Shown: piece after piece, positions 1 to 7,375 of the stretch
How positions within the stretch are numbered: position 1 is the first letter of the stretch
Layout of the letters: each line of letters starts with the position of its first letter
Assembly (NCBI GenBank): GCA_036261925.1
Contig: DATAJW010000032.1
Coordinates: forward strand, 1 to 44,471
Origin: Minisyncoccota bacterium
Lineage (GTDB): Bacteria; Patescibacteriota; Minisyncoccia; Phycocordibacterales; Phycocordibacteraceae
Direction: 5' to 3'
DNA: 44,471 bases
Program-made: the position numbers and the translations under genes
Notes under the pieces: generated by a model
Told to the model about the DNA's origin: nothing
The model's input: the letters and a program-made list of their open reading frames with translations, nothing else
Database searches by the model: none

Positions 1-103
1 GCTCGACGGTAGCCGCGCCGCGCCCGAGCTTCTCGATGGTGATAGAAGCCCCCGGGGAAACGACGTACTGCTTGCCGCCGGTCTTGATTACTGCGAGTTC
101 CAT
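1..103 (-). CDS. rplU: 50S ribosomal protein L21, N-terminal 34 codons (gene runs off the window start)
   Basis: Reverse translation from ATG (103..101) reads MELAVIKTGGKQYVVSPGASITIEKLGRGAATVE, which matches the canonical L21 N-terminus (AVIKTGGKQY). It is absent from the ORF track because there is no stop in the window. Confidence 0.8.
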   Translation of the reverse strand, partial: MELAVIKTGGKQYVVSPGASITIEKLGRGAATVE

Positions 104-130
104 AGTCCCCGTATAGTAGCGATTTGGGCC

Positions 131-164
131 CCAAAAAGCAAGGCCGCCCAGTAATCGGGCGGCC
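131..164 (-). terminator. intrinsic terminator after the small membrane-protein gene
   Basis: GGCCGCCC (142-149) pairs with GGGCGGCC (157-164). On the minus strand the stem is followed by TTGCTTTTTGG. Confidence 0.6.
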
Positions 165-173
165 GTTGCGCAG

Positions 174-398
174 TTAGGCTATCCTGCATGAATAATCGCT
201 CTTCGGTGCGCAGCCGGCCGGTATGCGCGGCTTCATGACCGTTATTCCGAGCGCGGAGGCGGCATGCTGATCCGGGGTCTTACCGGTAAGCACGAACGTT
301 GCCACCGAGAGCCCGAGTCCGGCCGCTATGCCGGCGAACAGGATAAGCAGGACGGCCGCGGCGAGCGTGAGCGCGCTTATTCGTTTTTCAAGCACCAT
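174..398 (-). CDS. hypothetical small membrane protein (74 aa)
   Basis: ATG-started ORF with one clear hydrophobic helix (LTLAAAVLLILFAGIAAGLGLSVATFVL). It is on the same strand as its neighbours and has its own terminator. Confidence 0.5.
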   Translation of the reverse strand: MVLEKRISALTLAAAVLLILFAGIAAGLGLSVATFVLTGKTPDQHAASALGITVMKPRIPAGCAPKSDYSCRIA

Positions 399-466
399 GA
401 CATCTCCCCTTCTTGCTTGCTTCTCGACCGATTGTCGGCCGGAACGCGCCAGCTGTCAAAGGGACG

Positions 467-1522
467 CTAGTCCTCCCTGCCTTCCGGCTTATCGAGCAGT
501 ATCGTCTCGACGCCTATCTTCTCCTCGGCGATGCGATAGACATCCTTATCTATCTTCCCGAGCTCCTTGTAGCCGCTGTTGTAATGCGAGACCGCGGTAC
601 CGAGCGCGGTACCGAGCTTCCGGTAGTACTCCTCGTACGCGCCCACATGCTTGCCGAGCTCGCCCACGCGCTTCTGTATCTCCACCGCCTTCTGCTCTAT
701 CTGCAGCGCCTTCAATCCCTGCATCACCGTCTGGAGGTACGCGAGGAACGACGTCGGCGACACGATGATGACCTTGTACTTCGATGCCGCGCGCTGGATG
801 AGATTCTCGTCCTCCCCTGCCCCGACCTGGTTCGTCAGGAGGTCGTAATAGATGCCTTCGGAAGGGATGAACATGAATGCGAAGTCCATCGTATTCTCGT
901 CCGGACGGATATATTTCGCCGTCTCCGTGATGCGTAGCTTCAGGTCGTTCACGAATGCCTTCTCGAGGGCGATGCGCTCGGTGCCTTCGCTATGCACGAA
1001 CCGGTTGTAATTGTCGAGCGAGAATTTCGAGTCGATGGGCACGACCTTGTCGTTCACGAACACTGCCGCGTCCACGATCTCTCCGTTGCCGAACGGGTAC
1101 TGCATCTGGAACATGCCGGGCGGCAGCACGTTCTTCAGTACCGTCTCCAGGTAGTACTCGCCGAGGATGCCGCGCTGCTTCGGGTTCTTCAGGATGTCCT
1201 GGAGCGATTTCAGCTGCTCCGCGAACTTCCCCGTCTCGCGGCCGATCTCCTTCACCGATGTTATCTCTGCCGTGATTTCCTTGATGAGGCGCGACGATTC
1301 CCCGAGCTGGCCCTTCACCGTCTCATGCATCTGGCGCGACGACTCGCTCATGCGGGAATCGAGCGACCGCTCGAGGCTCTCCATCTGCTTCTGGAGGAGC
1401 GTCAGGCCGCCGGCATCAGGGGCGGGCGCGTCGTTCTCGCGGCGCTTCAGGATGAGCCAGAGGCCGATGCCCTGCGCGAGCATGAGGACCGCGACGATGA
1501 TAGCTATCGTGAGGGGGTTCAT
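467..1522 (-). CDS. rmuC: DNA recombination protein RmuC
   Basis: N-terminal TM helix, then coiled coil, then an RmuC-type C-terminal nuclease-like region (FMFIPSEGIYYDLL, VIIVSPTSFLAYLQ). Start set at MNPL (1522) because TATACT lies 6 nt upstream. Confidence 0.88.
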   Translation of the reverse strand: MNPLTIAIIVAVLMLAQGIGLWLILKRRENDAPAPDAGGLTLLQKQMESLERSLDSRMSESSRQMHETVKGQLGESSRLIKEITAEITSVKEIGRETGKFAEQLKSLQDILKNPKQRGILGEYYLETVLKNVLPPGMFQMQYPFGNGEIVDAAVFVNDKVVPIDSKFSLDNYNRFVHSEGTERIALEKAFVNDLKLRITETAKYIRPDENTMDFAFMFIPSEGIYYDLLTNQVGAGEDENLIQRAASKYKVIIVSPTSFLAYLQTVMQGLKALQIEQKAVEIQKRVGELGKHVGAYEEYYRKLGTALGTAVSHYNSGYKELGKIDKDVYRIAEEKIGVETILLDKPEGRED

Positions 1523-1711
1523 GCCTCCAGTATACCCGCACACCTATGCGATGCCACGGAAGCGAGCGTAGGTGTGCGGGTATGCCGCTTCATCCCAAGC
1601 CTCGACAGGCATGCTGGAGAGGCACGCTATACGGAAAATATAAAATCTTCCTGATTTTTTATGGGGATTGCGTTCCTATCGCACGTACGGATGCTCGGTA
1701 TACTTGTACCC

Positions 1712-2464
1712 ATGACTACCGCTATCCCGTCGCCCTACCGCATCGCATCCCGCCCGCTCATGCTCGACAACGAGGAGCGCCGCTACACGCTCACCATCCA
1801 TGACCTCCCGAACGACGACCGTCCGCGCGAACGCCTCCTCGCGGAAGGAGCGAGTGCGCTTTCTTCGCAGGAGCTCATCGCCGTCCTCCTCTCGACCGGC
1901 ACGACCAAGGAGAATGTCCTCTCCATGGCGCATCGCATCATCCGCGAGTACGGCGAGAAGAACGTCATGCAAGAGACCGACCCGGCGCGCCTGGCCCGCG
2001 AGATTGGCCTCCCTATCGGCAAGGCGATGCAGGTCGTCGCTGCCGGCGAGCTCGGCCGGCGCTTCTTCGAGCGCAATCCTATCTCTTCCCCGACCCTGCG
2101 CACCGCAAGCGAGGTCTTCGCCCATGTCGCCGACATGCGCACGCTCGCGAAGGAGCACCTGCGCGGTCTCTATCTCAATGCGCACTACAAGGTCGTGCGC
2201 GACGAGATAATCTCCATCGGCACCGTCGATGCGAACATGGTCCACCCGCGCGAGGTATTCCGTCCCGCGCTTGAATACGCCGCCGCTGCGGTCATCCTCG
2301 TCCATAACCATCCATCGGGGACTGTCGATGCGTCGGCCGCCGATATGGCGGTCACCGAGCAAATCATCGAGGCGGGCGCCATGCTCGGCATCCCGCTCGT
2401 CGACCACGTCGTCGTCACGAAAGACGCTTATGCGAGCGTCCCCGCGGGCTACCGCATACCGTAG
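1712..2464 (+). CDS. radC: RadC-family JAB-domain protein
   Basis: RPRERLL, SSQELIAVLLSTGT and the JAB motif HNHPSG are present. Start chosen at MTTAIPS (1712) with TATACT 7 nt upstream; the ORF is open from 1661. Confidence 0.9.
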   Translation: MTTAIPSPYRIASRPLMLDNEERRYTLTIHDLPNDDRPRERLLAEGASALSSQELIAVLLSTGTTKENVLSMAHRIIREYGEKNVMQETDPARLAREIGLPIGKAMQVVAAGELGRRFFERNPISSPTLRTASEVFAHVADMRTLAKEHLRGLYLNAHYKVVRDEIISIGTVDANMVHPREVFRPALEYAAAAVILVHNHPSGTVDASAADMAVTEQIIEAGAMLGIPLVDHVVVTKDAYASVPAGYRIP

Positions 2465-2466
2465 CT

Positions 2467-2811
2467 ATGCCCGACGAACGCACCTACCCTATCCTCTCGC
2501 CATACGTCCGGTTCTTCCGCGACGAGGACGAAGCCGCCCGCCTCGAGCGCCTGCGGTTCCATCTCGAATCCGGGGACTACTTCCCGTTCATAGCGACCAT
2601 CATCGGCTCGCTCAAGGAAGCGGCCGCGGAGTGCGGCGACCAGGCGGCACTCGCGCTCGCGGGCGTCATGCAACGGGATCTCATCCACTTGCATGAGCGA
2701 TACGACATCACGCCCAAGGCGGAGCCGATTGCCTACGAGAAGCGGGCTGTAGTACGATTTACGGATGAGCCTACACGAAACCATCAAAGCCGGGATACCC
2801 GAAGCGCTTAA
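2467..2811 (+). CDS. hypothetical protein (114 aa)
   Basis: The ATG lies 2 nt after the radC stop, which suggests translational coupling. It overlaps yqeY by 47 nt. No motif recognised. Confidence 0.45.
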   Translation: MPDERTYPILSPYVRFFRDEDEAARLERLRFHLESGDYFPFIATIIGSLKEAAAECGDQAALALAGVMQRDLIHLHERYDITPKAEPIAYEKRAVVRFTDEPTRNHQSRDTRSA

Positions 2812-3220
2812 GGCGAAGGACGAAGTGCGCCTGCGCACCCTCCGCTCGCTCGCAACCGCGATGACCAACGAGGTCGTCGCCAAGAAGCGCAAACCCGACG
2901 AGTTCCTCACCGACGAGGAGGCGCTCGCCGTCGTGAAGCGCGCCGCCAACCAGCGTCGCGACTCCATCGAGCAGTTCACCGCGGGCGGACGCCCCGAGCT
3001 CGCGGAACCTGAAACGGCGGAGCTCGCCGTCCTCGAATCCTTCCTCCCCGAGCAGATGGGCCAGGAGGAGATAGCCGTCATCGCGAAAGCCAAGATGGCG
3101 GAGATGGGCGTCACCGACAAGAAGGATGCCGGACGCTTCATGGGCGCCCTCATGAAGGAGTTCGCCGGACGTGCCGACGGCGGCGACGTGAAGGCCGTCG
3201 TCGATTCCCTCCTTTCGTAG
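2765..3220 (+). CDS. yqeY: GatB/YqeY domain protein
   Basis: The full-length pattern is typical of YqeY (IKAGIPEALKAKDEVRLRTLRSL ... GGDVKAVVDSLL). Confidence 0.85.
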   Translation: MSLHETIKAGIPEALKAKDEVRLRTLRSLATAMTNEVVAKKRKPDEFLTDEEALAVVKRAANQRRDSIEQFTAGGRPELAEPETAELAVLESFLPEQMGQEEIAVIAKAKMAEMGVTDKKDAGRFMGALMKEFAGRADGGDVKAVVDSLLS

Positions 3221-3341
3221 CGGCGACCGGTCGTAAACCGACCGCATTCGTAGACCGAGGGAGAAGAGGTGCTATAGGCACCCCAGACAGCTGTTGGAGG
3301 GTTTTGAGGATTCGGGGCGCTTCTTTTTACCCGCGCCGTCA

Positions 3342-3370
3342 TTGATTTCCAATGGATTCTGTGGTATAGG
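3342..3370 (+). promoter_or_regulatory. sigma70-like promoter TTGATT-17-TATAGG with TG extension
   Basis: TTGATT at 3342-3347, a 17-nt spacer, TGgTATAGG ending at 3370. It sits 40 nt upstream of the 3411 ATG, which carries a GAGGAGG SD. Confidence 0.5.
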
Positions 3371-3410
3371 TTCCTCCAGACGAAGACGTTCAACTCATGA
3401 GGAGGCCGCA

Positions 3411-3638
3411 ATGGCACCGATACCGCAACGAGTGCGTCGGGCGCAAGCCCAAGGCGACGCTAAGGCGCTGTCCGCGATGGGCCGTGCCGGAGGCATCGCG
3501 TCCGGCACGAAGCGCAGGAATGCGAACGCGCTGGCGCAGGTCATCGCCATCCATCGGAGCGTCCAGTTCCGCGAGGACGAACGCTTCCGGCGCGAGCAGG
3601 CGAACGAGCACATCTGCCCGTTCGACCCATACGACTAG
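3411..3638 (+). CDS. hypothetical basic protein (75 aa)
   Basis: GAGGAGG SD 6 nt upstream of the ATG. The track ORF opens at 3294 but the SD supports 3411. No motif recognised. Confidence 0.5.
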   Translation: MAPIPQRVRRAQAQGDAKALSAMGRAGGIASGTKRRNANALAQVIAIHRSVQFREDERFRREQANEHICPFDPYD

Positions 3639-3647
3639 GAGCGCGTC

Positions 3648-4004
3648 ATGGCATACTACCGGCCCCGCCGAGCGCTTATCGCCCGCGCCATCGAACGACA
3701 GGAGGAGCTGCATGGCGGGAGCCTGGTTCCCCTGGGCGGGATCGAAGGCATCAACATCGACTCCGCGTTCATGCTCATCCGCATCGCGAATCGGCAGCGC
3801 GAGGCCAAGGATGCGCGGAAGGAAGCCTACCGATTGCATGAGCTCGTTGCGGAAGTGGTCGCTCGTGCCGGCTTCGATACGGCACGGACGACCGTCTACC
3901 GCCGCATCGTCATGCAGTACTACTCCTTCCTCTCGGCCTACGCGAAAAGCCTTCGGGCGCGGGCGAAGCGCAGGCAAGCACGCCACCCGCGACTCGCCGC
4001 TTAG
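3648..4004 (+). CDS. hypothetical helical/basic protein (118 aa)
   Basis: AGGAG SD; separated from the preceding ORF by 9 nt; followed directly by a terminator. Confidence 0.55.
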   Translation: MAYYRPRRALIARAIERQEELHGGSLVPLGGIEGINIDSAFMLIRIANRQREAKDARKEAYRLHELVAEVVARAGFDTARTTVYRRIVMQYYSFLSAYAKSLRARAKRRQARHPRLAA

Positions 4005-4008
4005 CGGC

Positions 4009-4040
4009 AAGCGAACGAGCAATCGTTCGCTTTCTGTTTT
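4009..4040 (+). terminator. intrinsic terminator
   Basis: AAGCGAACGA (4009-4018) / GCAA loop / TCGTTCGCTT (4023-4032), followed by TCTGTTTT. Confidence 0.65.
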
Positions 4041-4050
4041 ACTACTTTCG

Positions 4051-4059
4051 TGATATAAT
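4051..4059 (+). promoter_or_regulatory. extended -10 promoter element TGaTATAAT
   Basis: Consensus TATAAT at 4054-4059 with TG at 4051-4052, about 20 nt upstream of the 4079 ATG. Confidence 0.5.
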
Positions 4060-4078
4060 CCATTCCAGAGAAGATACG

Positions 4079-4444
4079 GTGATGGTGGGGTCCACATTCA
4101 TACGATGGACCCTGAAAATGGAATTCGACGCTCGCATTACCTTCGGCCAACGCGAAGGCAACCGACAACCGATGGCGCTCACGCTGCTGCCGTCCGGCCT
4201 TAAGAAGTATCGTGAACGCTCCCAGGCGTTCGCAGAAGGGCTCTCCCTCATCGAGGGCACGCTCTATAAGGAGCTTCCTATCCCGGCGACCGCAGAAAGC
4301 ATCTGCATCAACTTCTTCGCGGATGACGCCGACTTGGCCGACGACGAAGCCAACGACATCAAGGAATTGTTCCTTTCGCAGCTGCGCATGACCGTGCATA
4401 TCCAGGGTTCCGACCCGGACCTGCCGAGAAGCGCGGCGGCGTGA
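4079..4444 (+). CDS. hypothetical acidic protein (121 aa)
   Basis: ORF bracketed by its own extended -10 element and a strong terminator. The start is ambiguous (4079 or the in-frame ATG at 4118). Confidence 0.5.
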   Translation: MMVGSTFIRWTLKMEFDARITFGQREGNRQPMALTLLPSGLKKYRERSQAFAEGLSLIEGTLYKELPIPATAESICINFFADDADLADDEANDIKELFLSQLRMTVHIQGSDPDLPRSAAA

Positions 4445-4448
4445 GACC

Positions 4449-4482
4449 AGCGCCCCCAGGCTATCGGGGGCGCTTTTTCTTT
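4449..4482 (+). terminator. intrinsic terminator
   Basis: AGCGCCCCC (4449-4457) / 8-nt loop / GGGGGCGCT (4466-4474), followed by TTTTTCTTT. Confidence 0.75.
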
Positions 4483-4496
4483 AGTACCTTTCAGGT

Positions 4497-5315
4497 ATGA
4501 AGCGCTGCATCGTCCTCGAGAAGCCGGTCGGCCAGACGCCGCTCGAAGCCATAACCGCGTGGAAAGCGAAGAATCCCGCCTATGCCGATACGCCTGCCTG
4601 CTACGCCGGTAGGCTCGACCCCATGGCTTCCGGGAAGCTCCTCGTGCTCCTCGGCGACGAGTGCAGGCGGCAGAAGGACTACCACGGGCTCGATAAGGAA
4701 TACGCGATAGAGGTCGTGCTCGACCTTGCGACCGATACGGGCGATGCGCTCGGCATACCACGGGCAGCTGGAAATGACACGGAGATGGACCGAAAGAAAC
4801 TTGCGGGTGCGCTCAAAAGACTGCTCGGGACGCATGCGGTCCCCTACCCTGCCTATTCTTCGAAGACCGTGAACGGCAAGCCGCTGTTCCAGTACGCGCT
4901 CGAAGGAAGCCTCAATACTATCGAGATCCCGGTGCATGACGAAACTATCTATGCGATGCGCGTCTCGGAAGTCCGAACCATGGCCGCACCGAAACTCGCG
5001 GAGCGTATCGATACGCTCGTGGCGCAGGCGCCACGAGCAGATGAGCCCGCCAAGGCTCTTGGCGCCGACTTCAGGCAGGACGCTATCGGGTCTGCCTGGA
5101 AGGAGCTGTTCGCCTCCGCCTCCCTGCCCGACCGCTCGTTCACGGTCGTCTCCCTGCGCGTGACCTGTGCCTCGGGAACGTATATGCGCACGCTCGCGTG
5201 TCGCATCGCGGCTGGATTAGGGACATCCGGCTTCGCGCTTTCCATACACCGAACCCGTATCGGCAGGCATCTGCGCCTCGGACCGCTCGGGCTCTGGACG
5301 AAGGAATACTCGTGA
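4497..5315 (+). CDS. truB: tRNA pseudouridine synthase, TruB family
   Basis: Catalytic-Asp motif YAGRLDPMASGKLLVLLG, and KEYAIEVVLDLATDTGDALG matching the TruB KxY...TxTxDxxG block. Confidence 0.8.
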   Translation: MKRCIVLEKPVGQTPLEAITAWKAKNPAYADTPACYAGRLDPMASGKLLVLLGDECRRQKDYHGLDKEYAIEVVLDLATDTGDALGIPRAAGNDTEMDRKKLAGALKRLLGTHAVPYPAYSSKTVNGKPLFQYALEGSLNTIEIPVHDETIYAMRVSEVRTMAAPKLAERIDTLVAQAPRADEPAKALGADFRQDAIGSAWKELFASASLPDRSFTVVSLRVTCASGTYMRTLACRIAAGLGTSGFALSIHRTRIGRHLRLGPLGLWTKEYS

Positions 5316-5344
5316 TAGAGTGTCGGCAGTCAGAGGAGGGAGAA

Positions 5345-5569
5345 ATGTCCGATCTGCCTAAAGTAGCTGCTGAAGCTGCTCCTAAGCTCCTTGCGTGCGT
5401 AACCCAGGTCATCGACGACATGAACGGCGATACCGACGGGATTCCTATCCCCCAGTACTGCGCTGATGTGCGCATTCATAGCGGGGCCGACGGAAAGACC
5501 GTAAGCGTTCACGTTACGGTCGACATCACCATTCCGGACGAGCGATCGGCCGAAGAAGCCGCCCAGTGA
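5345..5569 (+). CDS. hypothetical protein (74 aa)
   Basis: GAGGAGGGAG SD immediately upstream of the ATG at 5345. The track ORF opens at 5198 inside truB. Confidence 0.55.
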   Translation: MSDLPKVAAEAAPKLLACVTQVIDDMNGDTDGIPIPQYCADVRIHSGADGKTVSVHVTVDITIPDERSAEEAAQ

Positions 5570-5580
5570 TGGGCGGCTTC
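5555..5580. terminator. hairpin between convergent genes
   Basis: GAAGCCGCCC (5555-5564) / AGTGAT / GGGCGGCTTC (5571-5580) spans the stop codon. There is no clean U-tract, so function is uncertain. Confidence 0.35.
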
Positions 5581-5583
5581 CTG

Positions 5584-6939
5584 CTACGCGGCTGCAGCCG
5601 GCGCGTCGCTCGCAGGCATCGGCGCTATCGCGTACCGCTTCGAGAGCTCTCGGTACGCCTTCGACCTGAAGGCGAGGATGGTAGCGACGAGGCCGACCAT
5701 GCCCGCGAGCGTGAACACGAGCGCGATGCCGCGGGCCGGGCCCGTGCCGAACCAGCTCCCGATAGCCGCTGCTCCCGCACCCGTCGTCATGAGCGGGATG
5801 AAGAAGAACTGGGTCACGGGGCCGATGAAGAACGCCGAGAGCGGCGATGCTGCCTGTTCCACGCTCTGCGCGAAGCCGAATACCCTGCCCTGCCGCGCAA
5901 GCGGCACGACCTTCTGGAGCGTCGTCTGCTCCGCGGCTTCCGCGTACGGACCGAGGAGGAACCAGACGAAGCAGCCTGCGGCAAGCAGCACGATGGACGG
6001 CTGGATGGTGAAGAAGATACAGGTCGTCCACATCAGGACGTTCACGGTGAGGAGCGTGCGGAGCGGGTTCTTGCCGAGGCCGGTCCTCGCGATGACGATG
6101 CCCGAGAGGATGAACGCGGTCGACAGGAAACCGAACAGGAGTCCCCACGCCTGCACCGAGACGAGCGAGAGGCCGTACGCGTCCATGAGCGCCATGAAGA
6201 TGCCGCCGAGGAAGTTGTTGAACGTCGAGAAGAAGATGAGCGCGAAGAGGCCCGGGACCGCGGCGACGACCGCTATCGTGCCCCTGATGTCTATCCGCTT
6301 CGGTGCGAGCGGCGCGCCCTGCGCTCCGGCCGGACGTTCCTCCGGCACCCTCACGAAAAGCAGATGGAGGAACGCGAGCGCCATCGCGATTATGGCGAAT
6401 AGCAGCACGTAGTACATGCCGCCCCAGGCCACGAGGAAGCCCGAGATGACCGAGGTCGTGAGGAAGCCGATGCCGGACACCATGCCGACCAGCCCGTTCG
6501 CCTTATCGCGTTTCTCCGCCGGCACGAGGATGGTGACAAGCGTCGTGAGCGCGATGCTCCGCAGATTGCCGACGATGACGCCGAGCAGGACGAGCGCGAC
6601 GAAGGCCCAGAGCATGGCGCTCGAGACATCAGAGAGCGCATCCCCCGCCAGGTGGTAGGCACCGAACGCGAGCGCATAGAAGACGAGCGAGGCGACGCTC
6701 GAGCCGAGCATCACCCGCTTCTTCCGGTTATGGTCGACGATGCTGCCGAACCAGAAACCGGAACCCGCCGTCGCGACGAGGTAGAGGCCGGCGATCATGC
6801 CGGTCGCGAATACCGACTGCGTCTCGAGGTAGATCCAGAACGTCAGCGCGAACCACACCGTGAAATTGGTGATGTTCGCGACCAGGACGTTACCGAGTAT
6901 GTGGTGGAAGGGGTTGGTCATGAGTGTAGGGGGTAGCAT
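5584..6939 (-). CDS. MFS transporter
   Basis: 451 aa with roughly 12 hydrophobic segments and an MFS-type loop (GSIVDHNRKKRVMLGSS). An alternative start MTNPF lies at 6921. Confidence 0.85.
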   Translation of the reverse strand: MLPPTLMTNPFHHILGNVLVANITNFTVWFALTFWIYLETQSVFATGMIAGLYLVATAGSGFWFGSIVDHNRKKRVMLGSSVASLVFYALAFGAYHLAGDALSDVSSAMLWAFVALVLLGVIVGNLRSIALTTLVTILVPAEKRDKANGLVGMVSGIGFLTTSVISGFLVAWGGMYYVLLFAIIAMALAFLHLLFVRVPEERPAGAQGAPLAPKRIDIRGTIAVVAAVPGLFALIFFSTFNNFLGGIFMALMDAYGLSLVSVQAWGLLFGFLSTAFILSGIVIARTGLGKNPLRTLLTVNVLMWTTCIFFTIQPSIVLLAAGCFVWFLLGPYAEAAEQTTLQKVVPLARQGRVFGFAQSVEQAASPLSAFFIGPVTQFFFIPLMTTGAGAAAIGSWFGTGPARGIALVFTLAGMVGLVATILAFRSKAYRELSKRYAIAPMPASDAPAAAA

Positions 6940-6956
6940 AGCATTTCAAATCCTGT

Positions 6957-7030
6957 CCCCGTAGGGTCTACAAGGACGCATCGAGCCCGGAGCTTTCGCT
7001 CCGGGCTCGGCGTCTTGTGACCCTACGGGG
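6957..7030. repeat. long imperfect hairpin whose outer arms copy the tRNA-Glu acceptor 3' strand
   Basis: Left arm 6957-6993 and right arm 6998-7030 pair over about 33 bp with two small bulges and a TTTC loop. The outer 12 nt are CCCCGTAGGGTC / GACCCTACGGGG. Confidence 0.7.
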
Positions 7031-7165
7031 ACCGCGAGTACGCTTATCGAACCTTACAGGTTCTGTACACGTTGCGGACGATTCCTTCGCATAAGAATGC
7101 TCGGCCTCGTGCTCGCAACATCTTCGATTCCCCGCCGAAAGCCTCCCAGGCTTTCTTAGGGTCAC

Positions 7166-7207
7166 AAACGCGAAAACCGCCCGAGGGCGGTTCCGCGTTT
7201 GTGACCC
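7166..7207 (-). terminator. intrinsic terminator after tRNA-Glu, nested in a 14-bp outer inverted repeat
   Basis: Minus-strand RNA reads AACCGCC-CUCG-GGCGGUU followed by UUCGCGUUUG. The outer arms are GGGTCACAAACGCG (7159-7172) and CGCGTTTGTGACCC (7194-7207). Confidence 0.6.
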
Positions 7208-7273
7208 TACGGGGAATCGAACCCCGATTTCCTGCGTGAGAGGCGGGCGTCCTAACCGTTAGACGATAGGGCC
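7202..7273 (-). tRNA. tRNA-Glu (anticodon CUC), CCA not encoded
   Basis: Hand-folded cloverleaf. Acceptor GGCCCTA/TAGGGTC; D arm GTCT..GGAC; anticodon loop CTCTCAC (one C-A mismatch in the stem); T arm CGGGG-TTCGATT-CCCCG. Confidence 0.88.
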
Positions 7274-7375
7274 ATGCGCTTTTTTATACCAGAGATACGC
7301 TGCCTTCGCCACTCCCGACTGTCCGGCTTGCGAGACCGAACTATCGGTTTACGAAACCAATAGTTGCGGCATGGG

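Noticed and set aside
2771-3247. 158-aa minus-strand ORF and other overlapping frames around yqeY (for example 2449-3417).
   Set aside because: They are antisense to a full-length, well-patterned YqeY protein and have low-complexity composition.
6968-7165. 65-aa minus-strand ORF in the MFS to tRNA-Glu intergenic region.
   Set aside because: It runs through the long hairpin and the tRNA-derived repeats, has no SD and an Arg-rich composition. The structure explains the region better than coding does.
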